Source of the DNA: an uncultured Roseivirgaceae bacterium
GTDB lineage: Bacteria > Bacteroidota > Bacteroidia > Cytophagales > Cyclobacteriaceae
DNA length: 63,773 nucleotides
Direction of reading: 5' to 3'
NCBI GenBank assembly: GCA_964482185.1
Contig: CAYZWN010000001.1
Coordinates: 1 to 63,773 of the forward strand
Shown: positions 60,028 to 63,773 of the stretch, piece after piece
Layout: each line of letters starts with the position of its first letter
Numbering within the stretch: the first letter of the stretch is position 1
The notes under the pieces: model-generated
Seen by the model: only the letters and a program-made list of their open reading frames with translations
Database searches by the model: none
Told to the model about the DNA's origin: nothing
Program-made: the position numbers and the translations under genes

Positions 60028-60092
60028 AATATTGAATTGACCGTTGAGGTAGAGAAAGAATAAATTTGTGAGCTAAAACATATTGTTGTAAT

Positions 60093-60161
60093 AAATCTAC
60101 AAAAAAGTAGATTTTTCGGGCAGTAAATTTAGCGTAATATTGAACTTTCATTTAAGTTCAA
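60093..60161 (+). other. Two perfect 8-bp hairpins in the porP-gldK spacer
   Basis: AAATCTAC(60093-100)/GTAGATTT(60107-14) followed by TT, and TTGAACTT(60140-47)/AAGTTCAA(60154-61). Confidence 0.45.
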
Positions 60162-60209
60162 AATTTAGTTAGACACGGAAATTAGAATTTTAAGTTTAAA
60201 CAAGGTGTT

Positions 60210-61244
60210 ATGAGTAAATTAATTATTAGTGGCAAACCTGCGCTTTTAATCCTGATAATTGCGGTATTGAATCAATCCTGTGGTTTATTAGGCGGCAGAG
60301 GCGGCGATAACGGCGAGTTGGTAGGCGTGCCGGGAAGAGAGTGGACAGGGATGGTCATTCCTTATGGCATGGTGCCGATACCTGCAGGAACTTTCCACAT
60401 GGGACAGGCAGACGAAGATATTGCCGCAACCCAGATCAATTTCAACAAACAAGTCACCATCGGAGCATTCTTTATGGATGATTCTGAAATCACCAATAAT
60501 GAATACAGGCAATTCGTTGAGGCCATAATGATTGATTCAATAAACATCCTGGGTGAAGACTTCGTCATGAAAGAGCTTTATCCCGATACAACAGTTTGGG
60601 TAAAGGATTTTGCGCATCACATGGGCGATCCGCTTCTGGTTTATTATTGGTCGCATCCGGCTTTCGATAATTTTCCTGTTGTTGGTGTGGACTGGGAGGC
60701 AGCGAGATATTTTTCCAGATGGCGCACTAATTATTTGAATGATTTCAGAGCCAGCGTGGGAGAGTGGCCAATGCCGAACTTCCGGTTGCCCAATGAGGCG
60801 GAATGGGAATACGCTGCCCGTGGCGGCAGGGATATGGCAAAGTATCCATGGGGAAATCCGTATATAAGAAATGCAAAGGGTTGTATGCTTGCCAATTTCA
60901 AACCTGGAAGAGGTAACTATTACGACGACGGGTATGCCTACACATCTCCGGTGTATTCATTCTTCTCCAACGATTACGGACTCTTTGATATGGCAGGCAA
61001 TGTTGCAGAATGGTGCGAGGATGCATTCAACCCAGCAGCTTATCCTCTGGTTTGGGACTTGAATCCAACCTACTATGATGATAATGAGCCGCTAAAGGTT
61101 GTACGCGGAGGTTCATGGAAAGACATCGCCTACTACCTGGAAACAGGAACAAGATCTTACGAACACAAAGATACAACAAGAGCCTTCATCGGTTTCAGAT
61201 GTGCAATGACCTATCTGGGCCGCTCAACAGGCGCTGAATTTTAA
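60210..61244 (+). CDS. gldK: T9SS/gliding lipoprotein GldK/PorK (FGE-sulfatase fold)
   Basis: 344-aa ORF with lipobox LNQSCGLLGG and an FGE/SUMF1-like domain (PFYMD-type FFMDDSEITNNEY, FPVVGVDWEAA, RLPNEAEWEYAARGG, RGGSW). Confidence 0.88.
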   Translation: MSKLIISGKPALLILIIAVLNQSCGLLGGRGGDNGELVGVPGREWTGMVIPYGMVPIPAGTFHMGQADEDIAATQINFNKQVTIGAFFMDDSEITNNEYRQFVEAIMIDSINILGEDFVMKELYPDTTVWVKDFAHHMGDPLLVYYWSHPAFDNFPVVGVDWEAARYFSRWRTNYLNDFRASVGEWPMPNFRLPNEAEWEYAARGGRDMAKYPWGNPYIRNAKGCMLANFKPGRGNYYDDGYAYTSPVYSFFSNDYGLFDMAGNVAEWCEDAFNPAAYPLVWDLNPTYYDDNEPLKVVRGGSWKDIAYYLETGTRSYEHKDTTRAFIGFRCAMTYLGRSTGAEF

Positions 61245-61290
61245 ACCATTTATTTAAACGATATTCTGTAAAACTTAAAGTATAATCAAA

Positions 61291-62136
61291 ATGAGCAAAA
61301 GAGGCGGATTTCAAGAATTGTTTTTTAGCACGATCATGCCCAAGGTGTATGGTATTGGTGCCGCAGTTGTAATTACTGGTGCAATGTTCAAAATACTACA
61401 CATACAGGGCGCTGGTGTGATGTTGGCTGTTGGTTTGACTACAGAAGCCATCATCTTCTTTTTAAGTGCGTTTGAACCTAAAAAATCTGAGCCGGACTGG
61501 ACAAAAGTCTATCCCGAATTGGCAGAAGATTTTGCAGGGGCTATTGGAGCCAGGGCATCCAGGAGTAATCCACAAGAGTCCGTTTCCAAAAAATTGGACA
61601 CCATGCTCGAGAGCGCTAAAATTGGCCCGGAACTGGTCGAAAGTCTCGGAAGAGGTATGAGAAATCTTTCCGAAACCACATCAAAACTCGGACAGATGGG
61701 CAACGCCGCGACAGCCACCACTGAATATACAGCATCTGTGAAAAGTGCTGCTGAAAACATCAATAAGATGAACCAGTCTTATGCAGCGAGTGTTAACTCA
61801 ATGGTAGAAATGGCAAATGTTTCAAAAAATGCTACCGCGGAAATGGCCAATGCATCCAAAGATTCAAAAGAGTATCACAATCAGGTGCAGAATGTGACTA
61901 AAAATCTCGGTGCACTTAACGCAGTTTATGAAATGGAACTTCAGGATGTAAACCAACATATCAAGGCGATGAATAAGTTTTATACAAACCTTACCCAATC
62001 CCTTGACAGCATGGCAAAAGCTACGCAGGACGCTGAAACATTCAAAGGTGAGATCAACAAGCTTACCACTAACCTGTCTAAGCTCAATAGCATTTACGGC
62101 GGCATGATCAATGCCATGAAGGGAAGTCAAGCCTAA
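61291..62136 (+). CDS. gldL: T9SS/gliding motor protein GldL/PorL
   Basis: 281-aa ORF with two N-terminal TM helices (VYGIGAAVVITGAMFKILH, MLAVGLTTEAIIFFLSAFEP) then a helical cytoplasmic domain. Confidence 0.9.
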   Translation: MSKRGGFQELFFSTIMPKVYGIGAAVVITGAMFKILHIQGAGVMLAVGLTTEAIIFFLSAFEPKKSEPDWTKVYPELAEDFAGAIGARASRSNPQESVSKKLDTMLESAKIGPELVESLGRGMRNLSETTSKLGQMGNAATATTEYTASVKSAAENINKMNQSYAASVNSMVEMANVSKNATAEMANASKDSKEYHNQVQNVTKNLGALNAVYEMELQDVNQHIKAMNKFYTNLTQSLDSMAKATQDAETFKGEINKLTTNLSKLNSIYGGMINAMKGSQA

Positions 62137-62157
62137 TTCAGATAAAATTAAACAGTT

Positions 62158-63726
62158 ATGGCTCCAAAGGAAACCCCAAGACAAAAGATGATTGGCATGA
62201 TGTACCTGGTACTGACTGCCCTGCTTGCCCTCAACGTGGATTCTGCTGTATTGGAAAGATTTGAACTGATCAATGGAACACTTGAAAATCAAATCAGAGA
62301 AAACAGCAGAAGAAACAGTACCACGGTAAGCAACATCACCTCGGTTGTACAGGAAAAAGGCAACCGGGAAGACGATGTGATAGTCCTCGATAAAGCGAAA
62401 GAGGTCAGAAACAGGACTAACGAACTTGTGACCTATATGGACGGATTGAAAGATCAAATCGTTGAACTCACCGGTGGGCGAGATCCTGAAACCAAAATGC
62501 TTCGCGGCGCTAAGGATATGGATAAAATTGCCACATTGATGATCAGAACCGGAAAAGGCGAGGAATTACAAACCAAACTTAATGAATACACTTCATGGTT
62601 GACCGGCTTTACAGGTAAGGAATTTCCGGCAGTTGCGCTGGACGGAAAAGAAGACCCATACTGGAGCCAAATACCTAATCAGAGAACAAAGAATTTTTCG
62701 CAACTGATGTTTGAAAGTGTGCCCACTGCCGGCGGACTAGCATCATTGAGTCAGTTGGAGGGATTAATTCTCGACTATGAAGGTGTTGCACTCAATGTAC
62801 TCAGCGGCCAGGTTGGAGCTAAAGACGTTTCATTCCAGAATATTCAGCCGATGTTGCTGCCTGAATCACAGTTAGTTGCAGCCGGGGCGAAATATAAGGC
62901 ACAGTTATTTGTGACAGCAACGGCGGTCGGGGCAACCCCTACAATGGCCTATAATGGCGTTAAAGTACCTGTGGATGAAAATGGCGTCGGTACTTTCGAA
63001 TTTATTGCAAAGGCAGATAAGTATGATGCAAACGGACAGGAAAAAAGGAACATTACTGCCGAAATCGAATTGGACGGACAGAAATACACCCGAACATTTG
63101 AATACATAGTAGCCCGGCCTGTCATACAAATTCAGTCTGCATCTGTACAGGCATTGTACAGAAATTGTGGGAACAACCTTGATGTTCAGGTGCCAGCGCT
63201 CGGCGCAGCCTATAATCCATCATTCAGAGTTAAAGGTGGTTCCTCACAAGGAGGAAGAGGTGGAAAAGTTACTATCATCCCAACTTCTCCGACCGTTGAA
63301 CTTTCAGTGTATAGCAGTGAGACCTTTATCGGAACACAAACTTTCAGGGTAAAAGAAATTCCAAAGCCTGAACTGTCCCTCAAGAGTGGTGGCAGGGAAA
63401 TTGACCTGAAGAAAGGTGTTACCCAGGTGCCAAGAGAAATTTCTTTGGAAGCGATCCCTGATCCTGATTTCGCTCAGTTTCTTCCTGAAGATGCCCAATA
63501 TAGGGTAACAAGGTGGGAAGTAACGCTCGCCAGAGGACAACGTGGTATCGAAACAAAGCCTATTACCAGTACCAGAGCTGATCTGTCATCATTTGTAGCC
63601 CAGGCAAGACCAGGCGACAGGATTGTGATTGAAGCTAAAGAATTACAAAGGAGAAACTTTAAGGGCGAACTTGAAAATGTATCGATTGGTGTGAACGCGG
63701 CAATCAAGACCATACCAATTAACTAA
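62158..63726 (+). CDS. gldM: T9SS/gliding protein GldM/PorM
   Basis: 522-aa ORF with the signature N-terminus PRQKMIGMMYLVLTALLALNV and a long periplasmic region. Confidence 0.9.
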   Translation: MAPKETPRQKMIGMMYLVLTALLALNVDSAVLERFELINGTLENQIRENSRRNSTTVSNITSVVQEKGNREDDVIVLDKAKEVRNRTNELVTYMDGLKDQIVELTGGRDPETKMLRGAKDMDKIATLMIRTGKGEELQTKLNEYTSWLTGFTGKEFPAVALDGKEDPYWSQIPNQRTKNFSQLMFESVPTAGGLASLSQLEGLILDYEGVALNVLSGQVGAKDVSFQNIQPMLLPESQLVAAGAKYKAQLFVTATAVGATPTMAYNGVKVPVDENGVGTFEFIAKADKYDANGQEKRNITAEIELDGQKYTRTFEYIVARPVIQIQSASVQALYRNCGNNLDVQVPALGAAYNPSFRVKGGSSQGGRGGKVTIIPTSPTVELSVYSSETFIGTQTFRVKEIPKPELSLKSGGREIDLKKGVTQVPREISLEAIPDPDFAQFLPEDAQYRVTRWEVTLARGQRGIETKPITSTRADLSSFVAQARPGDRIVIEAKELQRRNFKGELENVSIGVNAAIKTIPIN

Positions 63727-63738
63727 AAATAAATTATC

Positions 63739-63773
63739 ATGAAAAAAATCCTTCTTGGAATATTTGTTCTTTT
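63739..63773 (+). CDS. gldN: Start of GldN/PorN (truncated by the window end)
   Basis: ATG 63739 gives MKKILLGIFVL..., 12 nt after the gldM stop. The assignment rests on the conserved gldKLMN order only. Confidence 0.5.
   Translation, partial: MKKILLGIFVL

Noticed and set aside
60210-61244. The FGE/SUMF1-like protein might be the maturase for the Cys-type sulfatase at 22364..23740.
   Set aside because: It has a lipobox and sits in the porP-gldKLMN cluster, so it is the structural T9SS lipoprotein GldK/PorK, not a formylglycine-generating enzyme. The sulfatase maturase must be encoded elsewhere.

Overview
This window is about 64 kb of densely packed chromosome, with roughly 60 CDS, short intergenic gaps and many translationally coupled or overlapping gene ends. 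It comes from a member of the Bacteroidota. The lineage call rests on a fused lpxC/fabZ gene, a PorX-type receiver+PglZ regulator, a PorP/SprF-gldK-gldL-gldM-gldN type IX secretion/gliding cluster, DUF4271-hemD synteny and an HU-like+SPOR protein.

The content is overwhelmingly core housekeeping:
- Replication and repair: dnaN, a PolX/PHP protein.
- Nucleotide metabolism: purine nucleoside phosphorylase, purN, pyrR-pyrB, carA.
- Lipid A: an HD-lpxD-lpxC/fabZ-lpxA-ABC ATPase operon.
- Heme: hemE, hemW, hemD.
- Central metabolism: zwf, eno, an acyl-CoA carboxyltransferase, an Ldh_2 oxidoreductase.
- Envelope and division: murI, ftsB.
- Transporters: a partial CcoI-type P-type ATPase at the left edge, a CDF transporter, an SNF symporter.
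- Exported sugar-oxidation proteins: Gfo/Idh/MocA, ThuA, DUF1080, a xylose-isomerase-like TIM barrel, a sulfatase.

By eye I found no rRNA or tRNA genes, CRISPR arrays, transposases, integrases or recognisable defence islands. This looks like a core region rather than an accessory one.

The stretches most worth a second look are:
- an isolated, Cys-rich 600-aa protein of unknown function (5168..6970);
- an orphan larE-larB pair;
- a PolX homologue whose three polymerase carboxylates all appear substituted while the PHP domain looks intact;
- an EVE-domain gene tightly coupled to an exported 509-aa protein with a strongly basic insert;
- several small intergenic repeat and hairpin structures.

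All functional calls come from reading the translated ORFs and motifs by eye. No database search was run.
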